Part shown: one piece after another, positions 30,178 to 39,977 of the stretch
How the letters are laid out: each line of letters starts with the position of its first letter
Position numbering within the stretch: position 1 is the stretch's first letter
DNA from: Pseudomonadota bacterium
Lineage (GTDB): Bacteria > Bdellovibrionota_B > Oligoflexia > Oligoflexales > CAIYRB01
Reading direction: 5' to 3'
Assembly (NCBI GenBank): GCA_031416315.1
Contig: JANOTL010000188.1
Location: 1-64,000, forward strand
DNA: 64,000 bases
Notes under the pieces: model-generated
What the model was told of the DNA's origin: nothing
What the model saw: only the letters and a program-made list of their open reading frames with translations
Databases searched by the model: none
Translations under genes and position numbers: made by a program

Positions 30178-31605
30178 TCAGAGCTGGTCCGGCGTAACTA
30201 ACTTGAAGACGGGGGCGGTGCAGGCCCCCGTCGCATTTTCAGCCGCAGGACAAGCGACCGCGATCTTGCCGTCCGCAATCAGCTGCATGAGCTCGGCGCG
30301 GTCGATGTTTCCGTAATGGGACTGAAGCACGGCTAACGCGCCGGCCGTGATCGCGCTCGCGGATGAGGTCCCGCGATGCGACGTTCCGCTGGAAAAGATG
30401 ACCTCGGAGGCCGTCGCCAGCTCCGGCTTCCCGCGGCCGCGGCCCGATTCGGGGACGGCGTCGGCGGCGCCGATCGCGAGCACGCCGGCGTTGTCGGCCG
30501 GAATGAGCAAAGAGTCTGTGGTCTGCGCCTCGAGAACACGCGCGCCCAGCCCGTCGACCGTGAGTCGAAAGCGCGAGAGCGCATCGAAGTTTCGCGATTT
30601 GGCCCTGACTCGCATGGTGTAGGTGCCGGCTCGCAGCGTCGCCTTCACAATTTCGCGCGCATGCGCCGAGTACTTTTCGCCGCGGCCGGTCGGAGCCTTC
30701 CCGTCTTGGATCAACTCGCCCACGCCGACTTGTTTGCCGCTTGAGTCCTCGACGTGCAGATCGAGGTCCTGCGGCGTCCTATAGTCTTTGCTGTCGTCGA
30801 AGTCGTTCCACGCCAAGACGACCTTCACTGGCGTCGCATCCTGCGGCACGGTAAAGCGCACGAACGTCTCTTGGTCCATCTGCACGGGCCCGGCCCAGGT
30901 CGCGAGGCCGAGGTTCCCGGCTGCATTGATCCAGGTGATTCCCTGAGCGAGAGCGCGGTTCACCTCGCGATTGATGAAGCCGCCACCGTCGAGGTTGCCG
31001 CCGTATTCCCAGACTTGCGCATAAAGAACGATGTCGGCCTTCTCCGCGATGACCCGGTCGATCGCGGCCTTGAAGTTGGTGAAGCCGTTCGCGTTGAGAA
31101 GGAGCATCCGCGGGCCGGGGCGGTCGGCGCGGTAGCTCGGCGAGCCGGTCGCGACCGCATAGGCGATCTCCGCCATCTTCGTGCCGTGCGAGGTCTCCTG
31201 CAGCTCGTTACCGGGCGCCTGAATCAGCATCGTATCGGGCGGCAGGCGCCTGCCGAGGCTCGGGCCGAAGCCGGCAAAGCCGTTGTCCAGCACTGCGATC
31301 GTGAGGTTCTGGCCCCGGGCTTGGCGGGCGTGATAAGGCGCTAGCCCGACGCGGGCGAGGATCGCGGGAAGGTTCGTGAGCGCGCCTTCGCGCTCGGGTA
31401 GGTCCGTTAAGGGGGAAAGCGGCATCGCGCGCTCGCCAGGAGCGACTCCGGCCGAAGGCGGCGTCCCCGACGGCGGGGTGGGGGAGGGCGTCGTCGTCTC
31501 CGGCGCATCTTCCTCACCATGCTCGCGCGCGCCGCAGCCGTTTAGGGCTAAGGCGAGAGCTAAGCTCGCAATGGGAAAAAGACGCGCGTTCATGCGCGTA
31601 CTCAT
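30178..31605 (-). CDS. S8 subtilase lipoprotein
   Basis: Lipobox LNGC; catalytic IAVLDNG, HGT and GTSSAS motifs. Confidence 0.85.
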   Translation of the reverse strand: MSTRMNARLFPIASLALALALNGCGAREHGEEDAPETTTPSPTPPSGTPPSAGVAPGERAMPLSPLTDLPEREGALTNLPAILARVGLAPYHARQARGQNLTIAVLDNGFAGFGPSLGRRLPPDTMLIQAPGNELQETSHGTKMAEIAYAVATGSPSYRADRPGPRMLLLNANGFTNFKAAIDRVIAEKADIVLYAQVWEYGGNLDGGGFINREVNRALAQGITWINAAGNLGLATWAGPVQMDQETFVRFTVPQDATPVKVVLAWNDFDDSKDYRTPQDLDLHVEDSSGKQVGVGELIQDGKAPTGRGEKYSAHAREIVKATLRAGTYTMRVRAKSRNFDALSRFRLTVDGLGARVLEAQTTDSLLIPADNAGVLAIGAADAVPESGRGRGKPELATASEVIFSSGTSHRGTSSASAITAGALAVLQSHYGNIDRAELMQLIADGKIAVACPAAENATGACTAPVFKLVTPDQL

Positions 31606-31656
31606 ACCACAGTTATTCTATGATTTCATTGAAATGTGACGCGATCCATAGAAATA

Positions 31657-32025
31657 CTATGGTTTTGCCTCTGGACTCGCGGCCTTGGGCACTTCGGCCG
31701 TTTTGGCGGGCTCTGCCTTCGGCCCGTCGGTCTTGGCGGGAGCGTCGACCTTGTCGGCCTTCGCCTCTTTGCCGTCCTTCGCGTCCTTCGCGGCTTCCGC
31801 CACGACGCCGCCTTCCGGCTTTGCCGCCTCCGGCGCCTTCTTCTTGTCACGGAAGTCCGTGACGTACCAGCCTTCACCCTTCAAGATGAAGCCGGTACGG
31901 CTCATGAGCTTCACCAACGGACCTCCCCCGCACAGCGGACACTTGTCCGGCGCTGGGTCCGACATCTTCATCATAAGCTCAGCATGGCCTTTGCAGGCCT
32001 TGCACTCGTACTCGTAGATCGGCAA
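31657..32025 (-). CDS. FmdB-family zinc-ribbon protein
   Basis: PIYEYECKAC...CPLCGG...GFILKGEGWYVTD. Confidence 0.9.
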   Translation of the reverse strand: MPIYEYECKACKGHAELMMKMSDPAPDKCPLCGGGPLVKLMSRTGFILKGEGWYVTDFRDKKKAPEAAKPEGGVVAEAAKDAKDGKEAKADKVDAPAKTDGPKAEPAKTAEVPKAASPEAKP

Positions 32026-32074
32026 TGGCGCGCCCTTCTGACCCTTTCGGGAGTGAGAGCGAGCTTTTATACCG

Positions 32075-32368
32075 TCACTTGGCGCCGAGGAAAGCCGAAT
32101 CCACGCGCTGCTTCAGCTCCATGCCCGTCTTCCAGAACGGCAGGCGCTTCGGCGGGACGGTGATCTTCTCGCCCGTCTTCGGATTGCGGCCTTCGTAAGC
32201 CTTGTACTCGCGCACCGTGAACGCGCCAAAGCCGCGGATTTCCACGCGGTGGCCACCGCAGAGGGTCTCGGTCACGGCGTCGAAAAAGAGATCGACGATC
32301 TCTTCGGCCTTGGCGAGGGTGATATCCGCGCGCTCGGCGAGGTTCTCAATCAGTTCGGACTTGACCAT
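32075..32368 (-). CDS. ihfB: Integration host factor beta / HU-family protein
   Basis: MVKSELI...RVEIRGFGAF...GRNPKTGE. Confidence 0.88.
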   Translation of the reverse strand: MVKSELIENLAERADITLAKAEEIVDLFFDAVTETLCGGHRVEIRGFGAFTVREYKAYEGRNPKTGEKITVPPKRLPFWKTGMELKQRVDSAFLGAK

Positions 32369-32549
32369 CGCAGCGTCCTTTCGTCGAGGTACCTTCTCAG
32401 CATAACAAGACCCGAACGATCTTGGCAACTTAATCGCCTCGATTGGGAAAAACGCCCTGCGGGCGCCGAGGGCGCGGGACGACCGGCGTTTCTGCCCTTT
32501 TTTTCTCTTCTTGACAGTCCCGGCCCCCACGGCAAACCATGGCCGGACC

Positions 32550-33539
32550 ATGGAATACATCCCTCTCGAAAAGCCCCTGGCGGACCTCGAGCACAAGATC
32601 GACGAGCTGCGGCGCCTGGCGACGGTCCAAGCGGTGAGCCTAGACGACGAGATCGGCGAGCTCGAAGGCAAAGCTCTCCGTCTGCGCAAGCAAATGTTCG
32701 CGCGTCTCAGTGCTTACGAAACCACACAGCTCGCGCGGCATCCTCGCCGGCCGAGCACGACGGAGCTCATCGCGGCCTTGTGCTCCGACTTCGTCGAGCT
32801 GCACGGCGACCGCAACTTTCTCGACGACAAAGCCATCGTGGGCGGCCCTGCCAAATTCGAGGGACGTAGCGTCGTCGTGATCGGCCATCAGAAGGGCCGC
32901 GGCACGAAAGACAACATTTTTCGCAACTTCGGAATGCCGCGCCCGGAGGGCTACCGCAAAGCTCTGCGCCTCATGAGCATGGCCGAGCGCTTCAAGCTGC
33001 CGATTATTACCTTCATCGACACGCCCGGCGCCTACCCCGGCATCGGCGCCGAGGAGCGCGGCCAGTCCGAGGCGATCGCCAAGAACATCATGGTGATGTC
33101 GCGGCTGCGGGTTCCGATCGTCACGGTCGTCGTCGGCGAAGGTGGCTCAGGCGGCGCCTTGGCCCTAGGCGTTGCGAACCGCGTGCACATGCTAGCTCAT
33201 TCAATCTACTCCGTGATCTCGCCGGAAGGCTGCGCCTCGATCCTCATGAAGGACGCCGCGAACGCGCCGCAGGCGGCGGAGGCGCTGAAGCTCACCGCGC
33301 AGAATGCCCTGCGCCTCGGCGTCATCGACTCGATCATCGACGAGCCGGAGGGAGGCGCCCATCGGAGCATCGATTTGACCGCGAGCGCCATCCGCAACAC
33401 CGTGAAATCCGACCTCGACGAGCTATGCAAGCTCCCCGGCGATGTCCTGGCCGAGCGCCGCATGCAGAAGTTCATGCACATGGGCCATTACGGCGACGGC
33501 CGCGAGGTGTTGGCCTCGTTCCTCGAAGGAAAATCATGA
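32550..33539 (+). CDS. accA: Acetyl-CoA carboxylase carboxyltransferase alpha
   Basis: ELHGDR, FGMPRPEGYRKA, IDTPGAYPGIGAEERGQ. Confidence 0.97.
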   Translation: MEYIPLEKPLADLEHKIDELRRLATVQAVSLDDEIGELEGKALRLRKQMFARLSAYETTQLARHPRRPSTTELIAALCSDFVELHGDRNFLDDKAIVGGPAKFEGRSVVVIGHQKGRGTKDNIFRNFGMPRPEGYRKALRLMSMAERFKLPIITFIDTPGAYPGIGAEERGQSEAIAKNIMVMSRLRVPIVTVVVGEGGSGGALALGVANRVHMLAHSIYSVISPEGCASILMKDAANAPQAAEALKLTAQNALRLGVIDSIIDEPEGGAHRSIDLTASAIRNTVKSDLDELCKLPGDVLAERRMQKFMHMGHYGDGREVLASFLEGKS

Positions 33540-34888
33540 CGGCCTCCGGCACGCGGCCGACGCTCACCGTTCATCCCCTCGCTGCCGGTTCCGTTTCTCG
33601 CAAGATCTCGGGCGCGGTCGTTTGTCCCCCGGACAAGTCGATCACGCACCGCTCCGTCATGTTCGCGGCGATGGCCAAGGGCGCGAGCGTGATCGAGAAT
33701 CCGCTTATGGGCGCCGACTGCCGCGCAACCATGGCGGCTTTCCGTGCGCTCGGCGCGACGATCACGCACGATGCCGCCGCGGGCGTCGTGCGCGTTGAAT
33801 CGCCGGGAATGGACGGCTGGAGCTCGCCGCTCCTGCCGCTCGATTTCGCCAACTCGGGGACGACCGCGCGCCTCCTCGCCGGTATTTTCGCGGCGATCCC
33901 GGGGCTCTTCGTCACCTGCTACGGCGACGCCAGCCTGTCGAAGCGGCCGATGGGCCGCGTCGTCGAGCCCTTGCGCGCCATCGGCGCGAAAATTTACGGT
34001 CGGCAGAATGGCCACCTCTTGCCGCTGGCGATCGAAGGCCAGAAGCTCGCGCCCAAGGCTCACGTCGTCGATAAAGCCTCGGCGCAGGTGAAGTCCGCCA
34101 TCCTCCTCGCCGGACTCAACGTCTCCGGCGAGACGAAAGTGACGCTCCCCGTCGGTGGTCGCGACCACACCGAGAAGATGCTCGCCGCGCTCGGCGCGCA
34201 GATCACCACGAAGCGCGTCGGCGGTGGCGAGGAGATCACGGTGACCGGACCTTTCCGGCCGCAGGCCGGGCGTTTCCGCGTTCCGGGCGACCCGTCGTCC
34301 GCCGCATTCTTCTCGGTCTACGCCGCGCTCGCCGGCGGCAAGCTCGAGATCCAGAACGTCCTTGAAAACCCTACGCGCACGGGCTTCATGACCGTCCTGG
34401 AGCGCATGGGCGTCCGCCTGACGCGGAGCCAGCCCAAGCGGGAGCATGGCCTCCTCGAGCCCGTCACGACGCTCTCGATCGAAAGCGACGGCAAACCGGT
34501 GCGAGGTGTCGATACTGAGCCCGAGCTCGCGCCGACGATGATCGACGAGATCCCGATCCTGGCCGTGCTCGCCGCCTTCGCCTCGGGCCCGAGCCGGTTT
34601 CGCGGACTTTCCGAGCTGCGCGTCAAGGAATCCGACCGCCTTGCCAAGACGCTGGAGCTCCTCCTTTTGGCGGGCGCCGACGCCAAAGTCGACGGCGACG
34701 ACCTCGTCGTGGCCGGCGGGCTCACTCGCGCGCGCGCTTTCCGCTATGATCCTGATGAGGATCATCGCCTCTGCATGGCCGCCGCGGTGTTGGCAAAGCT
34801 CGCCGACGGTCCCTGCGAGGTACAAGACCCCGACTGCGTCGCGGTGAGCTTTCCCGGTTTCTTTGACGTTCTGAACAGCTTGGGTTAA
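33536..34888 (+). CDS. aroA: EPSP synthase
   Basis: DKSITHR, NSGTTARL, SAQVKSA, ELRVKESDR, DHR. Confidence 0.96.
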   Translation: MTASGTRPTLTVHPLAAGSVSRKISGAVVCPPDKSITHRSVMFAAMAKGASVIENPLMGADCRATMAAFRALGATITHDAAAGVVRVESPGMDGWSSPLLPLDFANSGTTARLLAGIFAAIPGLFVTCYGDASLSKRPMGRVVEPLRAIGAKIYGRQNGHLLPLAIEGQKLAPKAHVVDKASAQVKSAILLAGLNVSGETKVTLPVGGRDHTEKMLAALGAQITTKRVGGGEEITVTGPFRPQAGRFRVPGDPSSAAFFSVYAALAGGKLEIQNVLENPTRTGFMTVLERMGVRLTRSQPKREHGLLEPVTTLSIESDGKPVRGVDTEPELAPTMIDEIPILAVLAAFASGPSRFRGLSELRVKESDRLAKTLELLLLAGADAKVDGDDLVVAGGLTRARAFRYDPDEDHRLCMAAAVLAKLADGPCEVQDPDCVAVSFPGFFDVLNSLG

Positions 34889-34937
34889 GACTTCCTCCTC
34901 GAAAATACCCGCTGATCGTACGTGTCGAGGAGCTCCC

Positions 34938-35687
34938 GTGGACATGAGTTCAAGTGTGGACCCGCACCCCGTAACGTCGATTCGAGGCCTTCCGTTGCAG
35001 CGAGAGCGTCCGTACATCGTGGCGATCGACGGTCCGGCCGGCTCGGGCAAGAGCTCGATTTGCTTTCACGTCTGCGAGCGCATCGGCTGGACCTACGTCA
35101 ACACGGGCGCGCTTTACCGCGCCGTTGGCTGGGTCGCGACCCGTGACGGCGTCGACCTCGCGGACGAGCATGCCGTCGCCGGCGTCGTGGAGGCTCTGAA
35201 CGCCGATCTCAAATGGGAGCCGGCGCGCCGCACCCTCTTTTACCGCGGTCGCGATTTGACCCAAGACCTCCTCAGCGAGGCGGCGGGAACGGGCGCCAGC
35301 AAAGTCGCGAAGCTGCCATTGGTCCGCGACCGCCTCCTTCCCCTGCAAAAACAGCTGGCGCTCGGCGCGCCCCGCGGAGCCCTGGTCGACGGTCGCGACA
35401 TCGGCACGGTCGTCTTTCCCGACGCCGACCTGAAGATCTTCCTGACGGCGAGCCTCGAAGAGCGCGCGAAGCGGCGCCTGGCGCAGCTCGGCGAGTCGAT
35501 GGAGACCGGACGTCTACAAGACGTCATGCGCGACATCGGCGGGCGCGACGAGCGCGACGCGGCGCGCGAAGTGGCGCCGCTTAAACAGGCCGGAGACGCG
35601 GTCTTGGTCGACACCAGCGCCTTGTCCCTCGATGACACGGTCGCCACGATTGTTCGACTGATCGAGGCGAAAGGCCTCCTGAGGTGA
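34938..35687 (+). CDS. cmk: Cytidylate kinase
   Basis: IDGPAGSGKS, TGALYRA, DGRDIGTVVFPDA. Confidence 0.96.
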   Translation: MDMSSSVDPHPVTSIRGLPLQRERPYIVAIDGPAGSGKSSICFHVCERIGWTYVNTGALYRAVGWVATRDGVDLADEHAVAGVVEALNADLKWEPARRTLFYRGRDLTQDLLSEAAGTGASKVAKLPLVRDRLLPLQKQLALGAPRGALVDGRDIGTVVFPDADLKIFLTASLEERAKRRLAQLGESMETGRLQDVMRDIGGRDERDAAREVAPLKQAGDAVLVDTSALSLDDTVATIVRLIEAKGLLR

Positions 35688-36094
35688 GGCTAGGTCCGGA
35701 GACCTCGGGCCTGGTGTTCTTCGACGGCTTGTGCGGGCTCTGCGACCGGACGGTGAGCTTTCTCGTGGCGAAGGACCGGCGCCGTCGCCTCCGCTTCGCG
35801 CCCTTGCAGGGAAAAGCCGCGCTAGAGCTGAGCGCTGCGCAGCGGGAAAACCTGCAGTCGATGGTGTACTGGCGGCGCGACGGCAAGGTGTTCGAGCGCT
35901 CGGCCGCCGTGGCCCGCGCGTTGATGGCGATCGGCGGCGCCTGGGCGGTCGCGGGCGCGGCGATGTGGCTCGTCCCGAGGCCGCTGCGCGATGCGGGCTA
36001 CCGCGTCGTCGCGTCGAACCGTTACCAATGGTTCGGCAAGCGCGAGACGTGTCGGTTGCCGTCGGTGGAAGAGCGGGCCGTCTTTCTCGACTGA
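35684..36094 (+). CDS. DCC1/DUF393 thiol-disulfide oxidoreductase family
   Basis: FFDGLCGLC, FAPLQG, NRYQWFG..C. Confidence 0.9.
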   Translation: MRLGPETSGLVFFDGLCGLCDRTVSFLVAKDRRRRLRFAPLQGKAALELSAAQRENLQSMVYWRRDGKVFERSAAVARALMAIGGAWAVAGAAMWLVPRPLRDAGYRVVASNRYQWFGKRETCRLPSVEERAVFLD

Positions 36095-36272
36095 CATGGC
36101 CGCGGGCCGTATCCGTTCGCCTGACCTAGGCGCTTGGGAAGTCCAAGTCCAAGGTAGCATTGGATTTCATCATATAAACGTGCGAGTAAGGGCTAAGCGC
36201 CGCCTCAAGCAGGCACACTCTTTGGCCGACGTGGAACCTGACGGTTTCGGTGCGGCATGCCAGGAGGCCACG

Positions 36273-36914
36273 ATGCGGAGCGTAACGACGGCGACGATCA
36301 GAGCTTTGAGCTTCATCTGTGCTTTGGGGCTCGGTGTCACCGGGTGCGCGACTTTTGGCTGCGGTTGCGAGCCCGGGCCGCCCGAGCCGACGGATTTTTG
36401 CGTCGTGGGTGGCCAGCGTCGCGAGTGTGCGACGCCTTGCCCCGACCGGGACGGGCGCCTGGCGTTCGAGTACCGGCCTTATGCGGACGGTGATTCGCCC
36501 GGCGACATCGGCGCTCTGCAGGACCAGGTCGGTTCGATCACCTGCCATGATAGGCGCGTGGTGGGCCGAGCGCTCACCCGGACTAAACGGGGCAAGCTCG
36601 TCGCGACCGGCCGTTGGCTTGATGACGCGTTCGTGGTGCGGGAGTATGCCGCCGACGGCAAGCGTCTGACAAACATCGTCACTTACCTCGGCGAGAATGA
36701 GGCGAATCACATCGCGTTTCCTTTTCCAGATCGACCCGATCTCGCAAGGCGCCGGGTACGACGGTGGTTCTCGTCCGACGAGCTCGTTTTCCACTACAAG
36801 AGTGGCAAGCCGTTTTCCGGAAAGCTGAGGATCACCGACGACGGCGATACCATGGTGGTGACGTATCGGCGAGGAAAGTCGGTCGAGGGCGAGCCCGCTG
36901 ACGAACGACCGTGA
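36273..36914 (+). CDS. Hypothetical lipoprotein
   Basis: AGGAGG-ATG start, lipobox VTGC, Cys-rich N-terminus. Confidence 0.6.
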   Translation: MRSVTTATIRALSFICALGLGVTGCATFGCGCEPGPPEPTDFCVVGGQRRECATPCPDRDGRLAFEYRPYADGDSPGDIGALQDQVGSITCHDRRVVGRALTRTKRGKLVATGRWLDDAFVVREYAADGKRLTNIVTYLGENEANHIAFPFPDRPDLARRRVRRWFSSDELVFHYKSGKPFSGKLRITDDGDTMVVTYRRGKSVEGEPADERP

Positions 36915-36967
36915 AACGTTCCATATCCCGTGCGGCGTGCGATCCCGACTCTCCACATTTTAGGGTA

Positions 36968-37789
36968 CTAGCGCCGTAGACGCGCCGCCCGCCGCGCCGA
37001 CCCGACGCTCGGCGGCGCCTCGGGCGCGGCCGCCTTTTTCGACTTCGCCTTCTTCGGCGCTACCTTCTTCTTCGGCACTTTCGGCGGCGGCGGCGTCAGC
37101 GCTTTCACAGCCCCGGCGATCTCGGTCCCGAAACTCGTCTTCAGCTCTCGCGCCAGCTCGTCCGAGACGCTTCGGGTGACGGCGCGCAGCTCCGCTACGT
37201 CGCGGTTCCAGCTCGTCTGCAGAAAAGCGAGCTTCTCCAGCGCCGCGCCGATGGCTTCGATCTTGCCTTCCAGGACCTTAAGCTGGCCCGTCACCTTCGC
37301 CTCGGCCCGCACCGCGCGGTCGCGCTCGGCGTCGAGATGCTGCGCCAGGACCTCGATCTGCTCGGCCAGGAGGCGACGGTCTTCGCCGTGATACCGCGCC
37401 ATCTCGTCCGAGACGCGGTCGACGATGTCCTCGCCTTGGCCCGTGAGCACGCGCGCGGCATCTTCCAGGACTTGTGACGACTTCAGATGCGTCGCCGTCG
37501 GCCGTGTCCACGCAGAGTATGCCTCGACGTCCTCTTCGCGATAGACGGGCGCCACGTAGCGCCCGCGGCGGATGCGGCCGACGCGAAGCTCGCGCCCCGA
37601 GATCTGCGTCAGCCGGGTGCGCTTGATCCCGAGGCGCGCCATCACGGCCTCGGCGTCGAGCGAGAAATCGCCGCAAAAAGGCTCGTCGCCGCGCAGCCAG
37701 ACCACTTGGGGAAGAGCGGGCTCCTCGTCGCCCGGCCCGGCGGCCGAGGCGCCCGGGCGCCAATCCTTCTCCACGTCGCCACTGGTCAA
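36968..37789 (-). CDS. Hypothetical protein with HTH-like N-terminus, coiled coil and basic tail
   Basis: LDAEAVMARLGIKRTRLTQI...YREEDV. Confidence 0.7.
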   Translation of the reverse strand: MTSGDVEKDWRPGASAAGPGDEEPALPQVVWLRGDEPFCGDFSLDAEAVMARLGIKRTRLTQISGRELRVGRIRRGRYVAPVYREEDVEAYSAWTRPTATHLKSSQVLEDAARVLTGQGEDIVDRVSDEMARYHGEDRRLLAEQIEVLAQHLDAERDRAVRAEAKVTGQLKVLEGKIEAIGAALEKLAFLQTSWNRDVAELRAVTRSVSDELARELKTSFGTEIAGAVKALTPPPPKVPKKKVAPKKAKSKKAAAPEAPPSVGSARRAARLRR

Positions 37790-37802
37790 TCGAGGCTCCG
37801 TT

Positions 37803-39149
37803 CTAGTTCTTCAGCTTCGTAGCGTTCACGTCCCAGTTGCCGAGAGTCTTGAAGGACACGAGGCGCTTCTCCTCGTTGACGTTCTCGAAGAACAAGCGGA
37901 AGGCCATGATGTGCTCGCCTTCGGTGAACTTGGTCATGTCGAAGTAGAGGGCCATGTTCACGGGGCTCGACCCGAGTGGCGTAGGCTCCGCCGCGCCCCG
38001 ATCTTTTACCGCGGCCCCGGCAGCGTTCTCTTTATAGACCATCGGCACCGCGCCGGCGACGCGCATCTCCTTCGACGGGCTGATCTCCATGTAGAGCATG
38101 CGATCTTTGCCCGAGGCATGGATCCAATACAGATTCTCCGGCTTCGCGCCGCTCTTGAACAGGTCGAGGATGCCCGACTGCTTGTACACCGGCATGTTAG
38201 AGTCGATCTTGTAGTCGCCCGGGCTGTCTTTCATCGCCATGCCGTAATAGAAGCCGGAGCCGGTATTCAGGCTCTTTTTGCCGTCGAGCGGGTTGTAGAG
38301 GATCGCGGGGAGGTAGACGGCGTTGGAGAAGAAGGAGACCTCCGTGTACATCCCGAGCTCGAAGTTCAGCTTCAGGAAGGTGTAGTGGAAGCTAATGCGT
38401 ACGATCGAGCGGACTGGGCCTAATTTGTAGGCCTCGAGCGCGCTGTTGATCGACTTGTGGTTGGCCTCGACCGTCAGAAAATACTTCAAGTCGGCCTTCA
38501 TGTAGAAGGTCGTCGAATCGAGAAGTGGCACGAACTCGGGGCTCTTCTCGGTCCCCCTCTTCAGCATCTCGACGCGGCGGGCGACGAGCCAGTTCGACTG
38601 ATCGAAGCCGTAACGGTACCGCGACGTAATGACCTCGGCGGTGTCGCGCTTGAAGAAGACATAGGTCTTTTCCGCGAGCTTGGGCGGATTCTGGAAGAAG
38701 ACGGCGAGGTAGACGGCGCCTTCGTTGGCCCCCGCTTCGTTCTTACCCTTGTAAGCGAGCTTGATCTCGAACACGAGGGAGGGCTTGCCACCTTCGCCCC
38801 AGCTCGTCGGCTGGCGCACCGGACCGACGTCGTCGCCCATGAAGGCCAGCTCGTCCTGGAGGTCGAAGATGCCGTTGCCGGTCTTCGCCGTCACCTGCCC
38901 GCCCTCGGATAGAACGTAGTCGCCCCACTCGTTGATCTCGTCGATCTGGAACGGGATGGTCACCGCCTTGCCGGTCTCGTCCGTCCGGTAAAGGCGATAC
39001 ATATTAATGGGATAGTGCGTGACCGGCTTGACCTTGAGACCCTGGAGCACGATCGGCGCCGTGTGGACGATGCCGTAGGCGCTCTCCGCAAACAGCGCAA
39101 AAAGCAGGTGCGTGAGGAAGAGCAGCGAATGAGCGGTAATTCGACGCAC
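37803..39149 (-). CDS. Secreted hypothetical protein
   Basis: Signal-like N-terminus; long ORF with backbone codon usage. Confidence 0.8.
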   Translation of the reverse strand: MRRITAHSLLFLTHLLFALFAESAYGIVHTAPIVLQGLKVKPVTHYPINMYRLYRTDETGKAVTIPFQIDEINEWGDYVLSEGGQVTAKTGNGIFDLQDELAFMGDDVGPVRQPTSWGEGGKPSLVFEIKLAYKGKNEAGANEGAVYLAVFFQNPPKLAEKTYVFFKRDTAEVITSRYRYGFDQSNWLVARRVEMLKRGTEKSPEFVPLLDSTTFYMKADLKYFLTVEANHKSINSALEAYKLGPVRSIVRISFHYTFLKLNFELGMYTEVSFFSNAVYLPAILYNPLDGKKSLNTGSGFYYGMAMKDSPGDYKIDSNMPVYKQSGILDLFKSGAKPENLYWIHASGKDRMLYMEISPSKEMRVAGAVPMVYKENAAGAAVKDRGAAEPTPLGSSPVNMALYFDMTKFTEGEHIMAFRLFFENVNEEKRLVSFKTLGNWDVNATKLKN

Positions 39150-39338
39150 GATCGACCTTGCGCAAGAGGAGGTCGGAAATCTGCTAGCGATGGGGCGGCT
39201 CTCTGGTCCCTCGAGCGTACTCGAAAAACACGAGATTGTTGAGGTTTGATCGTCTTTCGACGTCGCCGTTCATGCCGCGTTTCACGGTTCTATTAGAAAC
39301 TTTACAACCGCTTTGAGATCTCATAATATCGCCGCACG

Positions 39339-39977
39339 ATGCGTACCGCCTTTTTCATCTCTCTCTTCGCGCCATTGGTTTTAGGACCGGGAGCGATGGC
39401 TGTGGTGGATGAGTCGCTGGTGCCCACCGCCCCGAGGGAGCACGCTCCCACCGTATCGCCGGTAGCGCCGGAGACGGCGGTCGAAAGTCTGAAGGAGCCG
39501 ACCTTCGAAGAGCCGCCTTCGGCGCCTCTCAAGGTTGAGATCCCGATCGCCTGGCAACGCACGAAAGCCCGTATCATTGGTAAAGGCGCTACGACCGTCA
39601 CGGAGAGCTTCCGTGAGATCTGGACGTTGGAGCTCCGGCCCGGGGGCGCCCTGACCCTCAGCTCGCCGCGCGTGCGCGTCCCCGTCTATCCCGGACATTC
39701 AGGCGAAGCCCGCAACCAGCTGCCGCCGACCGTCGTTCTCTCGGAGGCCGACTTCGCGCGCCTCGTCGGTATCGTCCCGGGCCGCCGCGGTGCCAGCGAC
39801 GACATCGACCCGGCGGACGCGCCCGGCGACTCGCTCGACGCCCTCAAGATGGTCGGCCGTCCGATCACCCTCAACTTGGCCCGTGCGACCCGCAACGGCG
39901 TCGACGTGACGCTCGCCTGGAGCGAGGACGAGCACTACGCCGTCCATCTCGACGTCACGGGCACCACGCTTTTTTAG
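39339..39977 (+). CDS. Secreted hypothetical protein
   Basis: Signal peptide followed by a beta-rich domain. Confidence 0.65.
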   Translation: MRTAFFISLFAPLVLGPGAMAVVDESLVPTAPREHAPTVSPVAPETAVESLKEPTFEEPPSAPLKVEIPIAWQRTKARIIGKGATTVTESFREIWTLELRPGGALTLSSPRVRVPVYPGHSGEARNQLPPTVVLSEADFARLVGIVPGRRGASDDIDPADAPGDSLDALKMVGRPITLNLARATRNGVDVTLAWSEDEHYAVHLDVTGTTLF

